A stretch of 64,000 bases of DNA from an uncultured Rikenella sp. (GTDB lineage: Bacteria; Bacteroidota; Bacteroidia; Bacteroidales; VadinHA17), in contig CAZAVK010000006.1 of assembly GCA_964488645.1 (NCBI GenBank), positions 18,548 through 82,547 on the forward strand. The letters run 5' to 3'. The notes under the pieces were generated by a model. That model was not told where the DNA came from. It was given only the letters and a program-made list of their open reading frames with translations, and did not search any database. Positions 1-9,895 of this stretch are shown here, one piece after another. Position 1 is the stretch's first letter; every line of letters begins with the position of its first letter. The position numbers and the translations under genes were made by a program.

Positions 1-1
1 G

Positions 2-493
2 CCGTTTGTCAGTGAACTGCGCAGTAAGTACGGTGAGGACGAGTGGACCTCGGGAGTAATTGCCAATGAGCTCCACCGCCACCTGGGAGTTTTTGCCATA
101 GTGGGAGTGAAGATGGGGATCAGGGCACGTGAGTACTTCTGCACCGGGGTCGACGAGATGAACGTCACCTCTCATGCCGGGTCAGCCACGCCGCTGAGCT
201 GCATGAATGACGGCATACAGGTGAGCACCGGCGCAACGCCCGGACACGGACTGCTGACTGTGAGCAACGAGCCGCCCTTCTTTGCCGGGGCCGACTTCCA
301 TTACAAGGATCGTATCATCCGGATAACCCTCAGGAAGGAGCTGGCTGACAAAATCACCTCCGAACTGAAGGAGATCAATTTCATCTTCGGGCTCGACAGT
401 GACATCTACTGGGAACTGGTCAGGAACAACTCAATCAAGTACTGGCTGCAGTTCGACAGGCATGAGATCTTTGATATTGAAGTGATCAAGTAA
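2..493 (+). CDS. FmdE-family protein (5' end lies outside the window)
   Basis: Frame is open from base 2 (PFVSELRSKYGEDEW...NELHRHLGVFAIVGVKMG) and contains the SC..DG...STGAT.G motif typical of FmdE. Confidence 0.75.
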   Translation, partial: PFVSELRSKYGEDEWTSGVIANELHRHLGVFAIVGVKMGIRAREYFCTGVDEMNVTSHAGSATPLSCMNDGIQVSTGATPGHGLLTVSNEPPFFAGADFHYKDRIIRITLRKELADKITSELKEINFIFGLDSDIYWELVRNNSIKYWLQFDRHEIFDIEVIK

Positions 494-557
494 ACAAGGC
501 CTCTCCTCTTCAGCAGCCGGCACGAAGGGCGGGATTAACCCGGCAGACGGGAAAGGC

Positions 558-583
558 AGGCCTGGAGGCCTGGAGGCCTGGAG
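558..583. repeat. 8-bp tandem repeat (aggcctgg x3) in an intergenic region
   Basis: aggcctgg at 558, 566 and 574. Confidence 0.8.
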
Positions 584-648
584 AAACCCGGCTGAACTGT
601 TTCAGATCTTACATTGTTGATAATTAATTCATTTTAGAGACAGAAACC

Positions 649-2985
649 ATGCGACTGAAATGCAAATTACCGATTCTGGCGGCTCTGTTGCTGATGGCGG
701 CATGTAGCCGGTCCACCGCTCCCGAACCCGCAATCATCCCCCTGCCGGTTGAGATGAGCGTCTCTCACGGAGAGTTCGTTATGGGGCCTGATGCCCTGAT
801 CAGCTGGTCTGGCAGCGGGGAGGCTGCTCCCGTGGCGGAGATGCTCGCCTCACTGCTGCGTCCGGCCACAGGCTTTGCCCTCAGTGTGACTGAGGGAACG
901 GGCGGGCAGATCGTTCTCGCCATTGATCCGTCACGACAGTGGAAGAGCGAGGAGTACCATCTCAAGGTGACCCGCAAGAAGGTCAGTCTTACCGCCGGCA
1001 CTGCCGAAGGGCTCTTCCGCGGCATACAGACCATCAGGCAGCTGCTTCCCCCGCAGATATTTGCACCGGTACCTCCGGAAGACGCCGTGGAGTGGAGGAT
1101 GCCGCTGGTCACCATAACCGATTACCCCCGCTTTGAATGGAGGGGGATGCACCTCGATGTGAGCAGGCACTTCTTTGACAAGGAGTTTGTCAAACGATAC
1201 ATCGACATCCTGGCGATGCACAAGCTGAACACCTTCCACTGGCACCTGGTGGATGACCAGGGGTGGCGCATCGAGATAAAGAAATACCCGAAGCTGACCG
1301 AGGTGGGTGCATGGCGGGTTGACCGTGAAGATCAGCCATGGGACTCACGCGAGCCGCAGAAGCCCGGGGAGAAGGTAACCTACGGGGGATTCTACACCCA
1401 GGATGATATCCGTGAGGTTGTTGCCTATGCAGCCGAGAGACATATCACCATCGTCCCTGAGATAGAGATGCCTGCTCATGTCGGGTCGGCATTGGCAGCC
1501 TACCCCGAATATTCATGCACCGGCGGACCATTCACCGTTCCTCCAGGAGGGGTGTGGCCGATAACAGACATCTATTGCGCCGGCAAGGAGGAGACATTCA
1601 CATTCCTCGAGGATGTGCTGACAGAGGTGATGGAGCTCTTTCCCTCTGAATATATCCATATCGGCGGCGATGAGGCCGACAAGAGCGAGTGGAAGAAGTG
1701 CCCCGACTGCCAGGCGAGGATCAGGAGTGAAGGGCTGAAGGATGAGGCGGAGCTGCAGAGCTACTTCATCAAGCGGATCGAACGGTTCCTTAACTCCAAA
1801 GGACGTAAGCTCATCGGATGGGATGAGATACTGCAGGGCGGACTGGCACCGGAGGCCACTGTGATGTCATGGCAGGGGTTCGAGGGAGGCGTGATGGCAG
1901 CACGGACAGGGCATAAGGCTGTGATGACACCAACCTCATACTGTTACTTCAACGTCTACCAGGGTGACCCGGCCACCGAACCGGGATCTTTCAGCGGACT
2001 GCTCACCCTGCGCAAGGTATACTCGTTCGAGCCGGTGCCGCCTGAGCTGACCCCCGAAGAGAGTAAGTATATCATCGGTGCGCAGGCCTGCCTCTGGGCC
2101 GAGTTCATCGCTGACGGCCGGCAGGCGGAATATATGCTTCTGCCACGCCTGACAGCACTGTCGGAGGTGTTATGGTCACCCGCCGGGAAACGCGACTGGA
2201 ACAGCTTCAACCAGCGGCTGAAGCCGATGATGCAGCGGTTTGAGGCAGCCGGAATAAACCACTCCACCGGCACTTACCGGGTAGATATGTTTGCCTCCTG
2301 GGATGAGTCAACCGGAAACGTTAAGCTGGAGATGACCTCCGAGCAGCCATCACCGGTGATCAGGTACACCACCGACGGCAGCGATCCGACCTCAGACTCC
2401 CCGGTCTATACCGGACCGCTGACACTGACCGCCACCACCACCGTCAGGGCGGCAATATCTGAAGGCGACCGGATTATGGGGCAAATAAGCTCAAAGAGCG
2501 TGAACATCAACAAGGCTACCGGCATGAAGGTGCACTACAACATTCCCTTCTCGTACAGGTACAAGGCCTATGGCGAGAGCACCCTGGTCAATGGCATCAG
2601 CGGCAGCGGCAACTTCGATGACGGGCACTGGCAGGGGTTTGAGGGGACCGACATGGATGTGGTGATCGACCTGGGCAAGGGGACCACCATATCATCAGTC
2701 TCGTCAGGATACATGGCTGATACCGGAAGCTGGATCTTCCTGCCTAAGAGCGTTGAATACTCATACTCAAATGACGGCACCACCTTCACGCCACTGGCGG
2801 AGGTTGTCACCGATATCGATCCGGGGAAGCAGGGCAAGATGTTCAAGGCCTATCCCGCATCCTTCCCGGCAACGGAGGCCAGGTACGTGAGGGTCGTGGC
2901 ACGCGGACAGATAACCTGTCCGCCCTGGCATGCCGGCGCCGGCGACAAGGCATGGGTCTTCTGCGATGAGATCATCGTAGAGTGA
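649..2985 (+). CDS. GH20 beta-N-acetylhexosaminidase lipoprotein with C-terminal chitobiase/FN3-like and F5/8-like domains
   Basis: Lipobox LMAAC; RGMHLDVSRH, HWHLVDDQGWRIEI and catalytic HIGGDE motifs. Confidence 0.95.
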   Translation: MRLKCKLPILAALLLMAACSRSTAPEPAIIPLPVEMSVSHGEFVMGPDALISWSGSGEAAPVAEMLASLLRPATGFALSVTEGTGGQIVLAIDPSRQWKSEEYHLKVTRKKVSLTAGTAEGLFRGIQTIRQLLPPQIFAPVPPEDAVEWRMPLVTITDYPRFEWRGMHLDVSRHFFDKEFVKRYIDILAMHKLNTFHWHLVDDQGWRIEIKKYPKLTEVGAWRVDREDQPWDSREPQKPGEKVTYGGFYTQDDIREVVAYAAERHITIVPEIEMPAHVGSALAAYPEYSCTGGPFTVPPGGVWPITDIYCAGKEETFTFLEDVLTEVMELFPSEYIHIGGDEADKSEWKKCPDCQARIRSEGLKDEAELQSYFIKRIERFLNSKGRKLIGWDEILQGGLAPEATVMSWQGFEGGVMAARTGHKAVMTPTSYCYFNVYQGDPATEPGSFSGLLTLRKVYSFEPVPPELTPEESKYIIGAQACLWAEFIADGRQAEYMLLPRLTALSEVLWSPAGKRDWNSFNQRLKPMMQRFEAAGINHSTGTYRVDMFASWDESTGNVKLEMTSEQPSPVIRYTTDGSDPTSDSPVYTGPLTLTATTTVRAAISEGDRIMGQISSKSVNINKATGMKVHYNIPFSYRYKAYGESTLVNGISGSGNFDDGHWQGFEGTDMDVVIDLGKGTTISSVSSGYMADTGSWIFLPKSVEYSYSNDGTTFTPLAEVVTDIDPGKQGKMFKAYPASFPATEARYVRVVARGQITCPPWHAGAGDKAWVFCDEIIVE

Positions 2986-3060
2986 CTTGTGTGGAGCTGG
3001 AACTCTGTTTCGCGCAAGGGGCATTAAAAGCAGCAGCCTGGACGGTAATCTGCACGATAA

Positions 3061-3999
3061 TCATCTGCCGGGACTCCCCTCCCGCGGCTTCCTGCCGCTC
3101 ACCTCACTGAACTCACCCAGCAGGGGCGACCGGTCAAAGAGCTTGACTGCCACGCCATAGATCAGGGCTGTCCAGAATGAGAAGAGGGCATAGACCAGCG
3201 CCGGCCTGATCATCTCATGGTTCTGGATAAGAGTGCCTGCCACCAGCAGCGCCAGGGTGGTGTTCTGCAGTGCCACCTCAACGCCGATAGTCCATGAGGT
3301 ACGGATACCCGTCCTGCCGGCCAGCCCCATGACCATACCGGCAATAAAGCCGGCCAAGTTGATAAGAACGGCATAGGGAAGTATCTGCCACAGATCGGAG
3401 ATGGTGATTCCCGATCCGCCCTTTGACTCATCAGCCAGGGCAATGATTGCATATACGCCGGCAAACAGGATGATCATGATATTCCGTACCGGCTTCTGTA
3501 TCCTGTCTGCCATCGCACTGCGGAAGTATCTCAGCAGCACCCCGGTGATAGCCGGCAGCAGCGTCACGAAAAAGATCTGGAGGAAGGTCTCCACAAGAGG
3601 AAGCTCATAGGGAGAGTGCCTGCCGGTGAAGATGGTCAGCGCCAGGTTGACCAGCAGAGGTATGGTTGCCAGTGTCAGCAGGCTGTTGATGGCCACCAGC
3701 GAGACCGACAGCGCTACGTTGCCCCTGAAGAGAACCGTCACGAACCCGGAGGTGGTGCCGCCCGGACAGGCTGCCAGTATGATGAAGCCCACCTTGACCG
3801 CGGGGTGCAGGTCAGAGAATCCGACAATCAGGAAAGCTATCAGCGGAAGCAGTATCATCTGCGAGGAAAGCCCCAGGAAAAAGGCCTTCGGCGATCTGAA
3901 GATCTGCCGCAGATCATTGAAGTTGATGGATAACCCAACCCCGAACATGATGGTGGCCAGCACAGCACTGACAAGCAGGTCTATGTAGGAGAGGTTCAT
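3061..3999 (-). CDS. Bile acid:sodium symporter (BASS) family transporter
   Basis: MFGVGLS, ACPGGTTS and EVALQN motifs; hydrophobic throughout. Confidence 0.9.
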   Translation of the reverse strand: MNLSYIDLLVSAVLATIMFGVGLSINFNDLRQIFRSPKAFFLGLSSQMILLPLIAFLIVGFSDLHPAVKVGFIILAACPGGTTSGFVTVLFRGNVALSVSLVAINSLLTLATIPLLVNLALTIFTGRHSPYELPLVETFLQIFFVTLLPAITGVLLRYFRSAMADRIQKPVRNIMIILFAGVYAIIALADESKGGSGITISDLWQILPYAVLINLAGFIAGMVMGLAGRTGIRTSWTIGVEVALQNTTLALLVAGTLIQNHEMIRPALVYALFSFWTALIYGVAVKLFDRSPLLGEFSEVSGRKPREGSPGR

Positions 4000-4103
4000 A
4001 GATGTAAAGAAACAGGTTTTTGATCATTCTGACAATATGGTGTCTGCTCTCAGCCCCTGCACTGCGAAAAATTCAGTAAATTAGGCTCTGTAAAAGGAAG
4101 TCA

Positions 4104-5621
4104 GTGAGAACAGACGGTTTCTATCTCTGGTCGCATAGCTGGAAATCATTCATACGCAATGAGCGGTGGCGGAGGAGCCTCGCTGCAAGAATCCTCTATC
4201 TGCTGGTGGGAATTTACTTCGTTGCCCTGTTCGCTGCTCTCGGCTATGCCATTGCCTCTGCGCTGGCACAGGAGGGTGCCGGTGCAACCGGGAAATTCCT
4301 TAAATGGATAATCATTTACATGCTGACAGACTACCTTGCCCGTACCCTGCTGCAGCAGGTTCCCTCCATGGAGGTTATCCCCTATATGCGCTTCCGCATA
4401 AGAAGGAGGAGGCTGGTCAGCAACATGATCGTCCGCTCCTTCCGCAGCCTCTTCAACTTCCTGCCGCTGCTGATGCTGATACCTTTTCTTATCAGGGTTG
4501 CTGTACCGTCTGAAGGGATCATGCCGGCACTGCTCCTCCTTGCCGGATGCCTCCTGCTGATTTTTATGAATAACCTGCTCGCCCTTCTTACCATCATGCT
4601 TACCAGGCTGTCGCCGCTCTTCTGGCTCATCCCGGCAGCTGTAGCCGGTTCTCTTGCATGGGAGGTAGCCGGTGCGGTCGAACTTGCTGAGGGGATCACT
4701 ATAAGGGCCGGAGAGCTCTCACTCACGATGGGACAATCAATGATGAGAGGAGACCCGGTCTTCTTCCTGGTGGTCATAACAGTTATTACACTGGCCTTCA
4801 TCCTTATCAGTCACCTGTTTCACAGGTTTCTGCGCCTTGACCGCCGCACGGGACGGTTTGCACCGCTGACAGCCCGGCAGCATCGCACCCGCGACTTCGC
4901 ACATCAGGGCAGCATCAGAAGCTACATGTCACTTGAGACAGCTATGCTGCTCCGCAACAGGCGCCCCAGAAACATGCTGCTCCAGGTACCCATATTTATG
5001 TCCTTTTTCATCATTATTTTCTACTTCCATGAAACACATGAAAACATCTTCTATGACCTTATGGTTCCCACCATGCTGATCGGACTGGGGGTCAACTACT
5101 ACGGACAACTGATATTCAGCTGGGAGAGCAGCTATTTTGACGGACTGACAGCACGCAGGCTCAACCTCCTCAACTATCTGAAGGCTAAATACTACCTGCA
5201 GCTTATCATGATCGTGCTCTCCTATATTCCCGTTGCAATTGTTACCCTGATAACCGGAAAGTCCGGCATCCTGCTGGTCACCGCCATCGCACTCTCGGTA
5301 GCCGGCCCGGTATGCCTGGTCATCCTGTGGCTGGCTACGCTGAACGATGGCAGGGTCGACCTGGAGGCAGGCACCTTCATGAACTGGGAAGGGGTCAGGG
5401 GCAGTCAGTTCATAACGGCATTCTTATTAATACTTATTCCGACAGGGATATTTGCCCTTACCCGGAAGTATGCGGGCGATAACGCCGGAATGGCTGTACT
5501 GGCCGGAACCGGATTGCTTTTCATTCTGCTTCATAACTGGTGGCTGGAACATCTCGTTGCAGCCCGCTTTATGAAACGAAGGTATAAACTGCTGGAGAGA
5601 TACAGGAAGCTCTCAGCGTAA
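4104..5621 (+). CDS. DUF5687-like ABC transporter permease (Bacteroidota)
   Basis: Multi-TM protein with GTG start; YGQLIFSWESSYFDGL motif; directly upstream of an ABC ATPase. Confidence 0.75.
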   Translation: MRTDGFYLWSHSWKSFIRNERWRRSLAARILYLLVGIYFVALFAALGYAIASALAQEGAGATGKFLKWIIIYMLTDYLARTLLQQVPSMEVIPYMRFRIRRRRLVSNMIVRSFRSLFNFLPLLMLIPFLIRVAVPSEGIMPALLLLAGCLLLIFMNNLLALLTIMLTRLSPLFWLIPAAVAGSLAWEVAGAVELAEGITIRAGELSLTMGQSMMRGDPVFFLVVITVITLAFILISHLFHRFLRLDRRTGRFAPLTARQHRTRDFAHQGSIRSYMSLETAMLLRNRRPRNMLLQVPIFMSFFIIIFYFHETHENIFYDLMVPTMLIGLGVNYYGQLIFSWESSYFDGLTARRLNLLNYLKAKYYLQLIMIVLSYIPVAIVTLITGKSGILLVTAIALSVAGPVCLVILWLATLNDGRVDLEAGTFMNWEGVRGSQFITAFLLILIPTGIFALTRKYAGDNAGMAVLAGTGLLFILLHNWWLEHLVAARFMKRRYKLLERYRKLSA

Positions 5622-5633
5622 TCGAACCAGGCT

Positions 5634-6338
5634 ATGATTACCATTAACAACCTGCGAAAGAGCTACAGCGGCAAAACGGTTCTGGATATCGGCGGACTGA
5701 CCATCGGTGAGGGCGAGATATTCGGGCTGGTGGGGAATAACGGTGCCGGCAAGACAACCCTGCTGCGCCTGATGCTTGACCTGATCAGCGCCGACAGGGG
5801 CACTGTTACCATAGACGGGCATAGTGTAGCCGGTTCGGAGAGGTGGAAGGATTTCACGACCTCATACCTTGATGAGGCCTTTCTGATAGACTATCTGACA
5901 CCGGAAGAGTTTTTCAGCTTCATCGCCCGGGAGTATGATCTGACAAAGGAAGAAGCCGACAGGAGGTTGGAGGAGTTCAGCCGGTTCTTCAATGGTGAGG
6001 TGCTTGGTCAGAGGCGGAAATTCATCAGGGACTTCTCAAGGGGCAACAGGCAGAAGACCGGGATCGCCTCTGCCCTCTTCATCAGGTCACGGGTGCTGAT
6101 CCTCGATGAGCCCTTCAACGGCCTTGACCCCACCTCACAGATCATTCTCAAACAGATGCTTTCAGAGTGCAACCGCGAGAGGGGTACCACCATGGTGATA
6201 TCAAGCCACGACCTGAATCATATAGTGGAGTTATGCACCCGGATCGCAATAATCGAGAAAGGTGTCATCATACGTGATATCACAAACAGCGGCAGTGCCA
6301 TGACTGAGCTGGCAGGGTACTTCTCAGCGGGGCAGTGA
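5634..6338 (+). CDS. ABC transporter ATP-binding protein
   Basis: Walker A GNNGAGKTT, signature FSRGNRQK, Walker B LILDEP, H-loop SSH. Confidence 0.95.
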   Translation: MITINNLRKSYSGKTVLDIGGLTIGEGEIFGLVGNNGAGKTTLLRLMLDLISADRGTVTIDGHSVAGSERWKDFTTSYLDEAFLIDYLTPEEFFSFIAREYDLTKEEADRRLEEFSRFFNGEVLGQRRKFIRDFSRGNRQKTGIASALFIRSRVLILDEPFNGLDPTSQIILKQMLSECNRERGTTMVISSHDLNHIVELCTRIAIIEKGVIIRDITNSGSAMTELAGYFSAGQ

Positions 6339-6478
6339 ATACTCTTGCATACTCTGGCGGCAGTGCCATGACCGAGCTGGCAGGGTATTTCTCAGTAAGG
6401 CAGTGAAGACTCTTGCATACCCTGACGGCAGTGCCATGACCTAGCTGGCAGGGTATTTCTCAGCGGGACAGTGAAGAT
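6289..6478. repeat. 68-bp tandem repeat (about 2.8 diverged copies) duplicating the 3' end and stop codon of the ABC ATPase gene
   Basis: ggcagtgccatgac...ctggcagggta...ctcag...cagtgaa begins at 6291, 6359 and 6427. Confidence 0.95.
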
Positions 6479-6518
6479 TTTTCTAGCCACTGGCGGCAGA
6501 AGCGGCAGCCCCCGCGCC

Positions 6519-8396
6519 CTACTCCTTGTTCTCTATGAATGCATGGTGCAGCACAAATGGAGTGAAGTGTATTACCATGGAAGTACGTGCGGGAATAATC
6601 AGGTCTGATCCTGCAATAACCTCCCTGTTATCGAGGATATTTATTCCGATTTCACCCGGGGCAACTCTTTCGGCAAATCTTTCCCACTCCACCTGCTGGT
6701 CTGATTCTGAGGCATTGAGTATTACCATCACACATTCATGGTCATTATAACGGAAGTATGTATATACACCGTTCTGAGGGACATAGTGCATCAATCTTCC
6801 TGTATGCAGCAGAGGCGTATTTTTGCGAAAATGCAGCAGCCTCCGGGTATGTTCAAACATCTCGCTCTGTTCAGGCGACCGCTCCTCGGCTCTGAACAGG
6901 TTTATCTTATCTCCGGGCCACCCGCCCGGAAAGTCTGGTCTGACCCTGTGATTGGCGTCGGGCTCATCCGGATCATTTCTGAATAACAGTTCTGTGCCAT
7001 AAAATATCTGTGGAATACCACGGGTTGTTGTAATAAGGGTCATTGCCAGTTTTACGCCCTGCAGCTCTTCATCAAGGCTGCTGTAAATGCGCGGAATATC
7101 ATGATTGTCAGCAAAAACCACCTGTGAAAGTTCCGGGTTTTTATACAGAAAATCCTGGGCTATTATGTTATACACACCTCTCATTCTTCCACCCCAGTGA
7201 GTGCCTTTACCCGCAAGTTCAGCGGCAATTGCCTCCTGCAGGGGAAAGTCCATCACCATTGGCAGATGCGTTGTATAGCCGTCATAATTTCCGGCTGACC
7301 CGACCCAGTATGATAGTATTGCCGGTTCAGTCTCCCAGACCTCGCCCACAAGGGAGAAGAAAGGATACTCATTCATGATAGCCCTGGTCCACTCTCCGGC
7401 CTCTTTCCCCATATAGAAATATGTGTCAACCCGCAGGCCATCAAGGTCAGCATATTCAATCCACCAGACGGCCATCTGTGACAGGTATTTCAGCATAAAC
7501 GGGTTGGAGAGGTTGTGATCGGGCATGGTTGAGAAGAGCCAGTTGCTTCCCACAAACCGTGCATCACCTGCTGATGCGTGAGGGTCACTGAGGGAGGAGA
7601 GTGCAAAACGCTCCCAGAAGTTTCCCTCCATCATCATAGGATTGATCCAGTCACTGAAAGGAGGGTTGTCAACCCACCAGTGCCCGATGCCGCAGTGCTG
7701 AGGGGTGATATCCTGTATTACCTTTATACCATGTTCATGGGCCTTTGAGACATATTCCCTGTAGAGCTCATTGGTGCCAAGATGCGGATCAATCCTGTAA
7801 AAATCGGTTGCACCATAATGGTGATAATAGAGATCATCCTGCTGCATGGGGGTTGACCATATAGCTGTTATACCCAGGTCTGAAAGGTATCCCAGATGGT
7901 CAATAATACCCTGTATATCTCCCCCATGCCGGACTGTCATGTCACTACGGTCAACAATCTGGTCATTGCCTCTGACAATATCATTGGAGGGATCTCCATT
8001 GGAAAACCTGTCAGGCATAATCAGGTAGATTACGTCAGATGAGTTGAAGCCTTGCCTGTCAGCGGAGCCGGGACGTCTTGAGAATATTTCATAGGTGACC
8101 CTTACCTCCTTGCGGCTGCGGGTAAAGACCAAGGTATATTTTCCGGGTCTGGTAACCCCGGCATCAATGAAGAGGTAGTCAGGAGAGTCAGCATAATGGA
8201 TTCTTTCAATTGTCATACCCTCTTCAACCACCCTAACCGAACAGTCACGGATATTCTCTCCGCGGACAAGCAGCTGCAGGTCTGTCTTCATGCCGCTCCA
8301 CCAGCAGGGCGGATCTATCTGAATAATCTTCTGTGCCGTTGCTGTGGGTAAAACAGAGAGACCGAAAATCAACAATAACAACTTCAGTCTTATCAT
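6519..8396 (-). CDS. GH13 SusA/cyclomaltodextrinase-neopullulanase-like alpha-glucanase
   Basis: YLIMPDRFSNGDPSND; catalytic DGLRVD, GEVW and DNHD; N-terminal signal peptide. Confidence 0.92.
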   Translation of the reverse strand: MIRLKLLLLIFGLSVLPTATAQKIIQIDPPCWWSGMKTDLQLLVRGENIRDCSVRVVEEGMTIERIHYADSPDYLFIDAGVTRPGKYTLVFTRSRKEVRVTYEIFSRRPGSADRQGFNSSDVIYLIMPDRFSNGDPSNDIVRGNDQIVDRSDMTVRHGGDIQGIIDHLGYLSDLGITAIWSTPMQQDDLYYHHYGATDFYRIDPHLGTNELYREYVSKAHEHGIKVIQDITPQHCGIGHWWVDNPPFSDWINPMMMEGNFWERFALSSLSDPHASAGDARFVGSNWLFSTMPDHNLSNPFMLKYLSQMAVWWIEYADLDGLRVDTYFYMGKEAGEWTRAIMNEYPFFSLVGEVWETEPAILSYWVGSAGNYDGYTTHLPMVMDFPLQEAIAAELAGKGTHWGGRMRGVYNIIAQDFLYKNPELSQVVFADNHDIPRIYSSLDEELQGVKLAMTLITTTRGIPQIFYGTELLFRNDPDEPDANHRVRPDFPGGWPGDKINLFRAEERSPEQSEMFEHTRRLLHFRKNTPLLHTGRLMHYVPQNGVYTYFRYNDHECVMVILNASESDQQVEWERFAERVAPGEIGINILDNREVIAGSDLIIPARTSMVIHFTPFVLHHAFIENKE

Positions 8397-8424
8397 AACT
8401 TATATTTTACGCAGGAGAGATAGG

Positions 8425-9822
8425 TTATTGAACGGAAGTCCCGGGTTTCCACAACTTCTCCATCTCCTCCAGCGGTTTGTTCCTGGTTTCGGGTACCATC
8501 TTCCAGACGAAGAGGGCTGAGAGCAGTGCCATGGCTCCGTAGAATCCGTAGGTCATGCCTCCGCTGAGCTCCATCATGGGCGGGTAGGTTGATGAGATGA
8601 GGAAGTTAGCCATCCACTGTGCCGCCACAGCCACGGCGGTGGCTTTGCTGCGTATCCTGTTCGGGAAGATCTCGGAGATGAGCACCCAGCAGACCGGACC
8701 CCACGACATGGTGAACGAGGCCATGAAGATGATAATGAAGATCAGGGTACCGATGCCTATCGTATTGGCAAAGGCCAGCCCCGCGATGGAGAACATGCCG
8801 ATGCTCATGCCGATGGAGCCGATTACCAGTAGCGGTTTTCTGCCCACACGGTCAACCGTCATGATAGCCACCAGGGTGAATACCACGTTCACCGATCCCA
8901 CAATGATTGTCTGCAGGAATGATGCATCCTTTGTGGCACCCATGCTCTCGAAGATGCGGGGAGCATAGTAGAGTGCCACGTTCACGCCAACGAACTGCTG
9001 GAACAGTGACAGCAGCACCCCGATGATGATAACCCTCTTGCCGAATGAGAATAGCCGTGCCGAGGAGGTCTGCAGTGAACCGGTGATCTCTCCCAGGATT
9101 ATCCTGGCATTTTCGGCGCCGTTTATCTTCGCAAGCACCCTGAATGCCCTGTCGTCCTGGTTTTTCATCATCAGGAATCGCGGCGTCTCGGGGACGAAGA
9201 GCAGCAGTACCCCGAACATCGCTGCCGGGATGGCCTCGGAGGCGAACATGTAACGCCACCCGGTCTCATTGATCCACTCCACGCTCTGCCCGCGCGCGAT
9301 GCTCCAGTTGACGAAGTAGACCGTAAGCATGCCGATGACTATGGCCAGTTGGTTGAGGGAGACCAGCCTGCCCCTGATCCTGGCCGGGGCAACCTCGCTG
9401 ATATACATCGGACAGACGGCAGATGCCAGACCCACCCCGATGCCTCCGAGGATACGGTAGGCGTTGAAGGTGATCAGCAACGCTGCAGAGGGCTCGCCCC
9501 TGACAAAGAAGAGGGTCTCCGGATAGGCCGACCCGAGTGCCGAGAGGAAAAAGAGAACCGATGTTATCAGGAGGGTCTTCTTGCGGCCCAGTGAAGAGGA
9601 TACCAGCCCGGAGAGGGAGCTGCCCATGATACAGCCGATCAGGGCGCTCGAGACGGTGATCCCGTGAATGAAGGCGTTCAGTCCCAGCGGATGGATCAGG
9701 TAAGTCTGGATAGCACGTTCGGCTCCTGAGATAACCGCAGTATCATATCCGAAAAGGAGTCCGCCAAGTGTCGCCACCAGCGTGATACTCAGGACATAAG
9801 CTAAATTAAACTCTCTCTGCAT
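8425..9822 (-). CDS. xylE: MFS sugar porter, XylE-like
   Basis: LGGLLFGYDTAVISG, QQFVGVNVALYYAP, PETPR, SWGPVCWVLISEIFP and VPET motifs. Confidence 0.9.
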   Translation of the reverse strand: MQREFNLAYVLSITLVATLGGLLFGYDTAVISGAERAIQTYLIHPLGLNAFIHGITVSSALIGCIMGSSLSGLVSSSLGRKKTLLITSVLFFLSALGSAYPETLFFVRGEPSAALLITFNAYRILGGIGVGLASAVCPMYISEVAPARIRGRLVSLNQLAIVIGMLTVYFVNWSIARGQSVEWINETGWRYMFASEAIPAAMFGVLLLFVPETPRFLMMKNQDDRAFRVLAKINGAENARIILGEITGSLQTSSARLFSFGKRVIIIGVLLSLFQQFVGVNVALYYAPRIFESMGATKDASFLQTIIVGSVNVVFTLVAIMTVDRVGRKPLLVIGSIGMSIGMFSIAGLAFANTIGIGTLIFIIIFMASFTMSWGPVCWVLISEIFPNRIRSKATAVAVAAQWMANFLISSTYPPMMELSGGMTYGFYGAMALLSALFVWKMVPETRNKPLEEMEKLWKPGTSVQ

Positions 9823-9895
9823 GGGATCGGAATTGGTTGAGAAGTAATTAACAGAATCACTCTGTGCCAGAGGTTAGCAGTTATTGATAGCGGTT

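Noticed and set aside
6289-6478. Possible CRISPR array
   Set aside because: Units are contiguous tandem copies of coding sequence, with no unique spacers and no cas genes.
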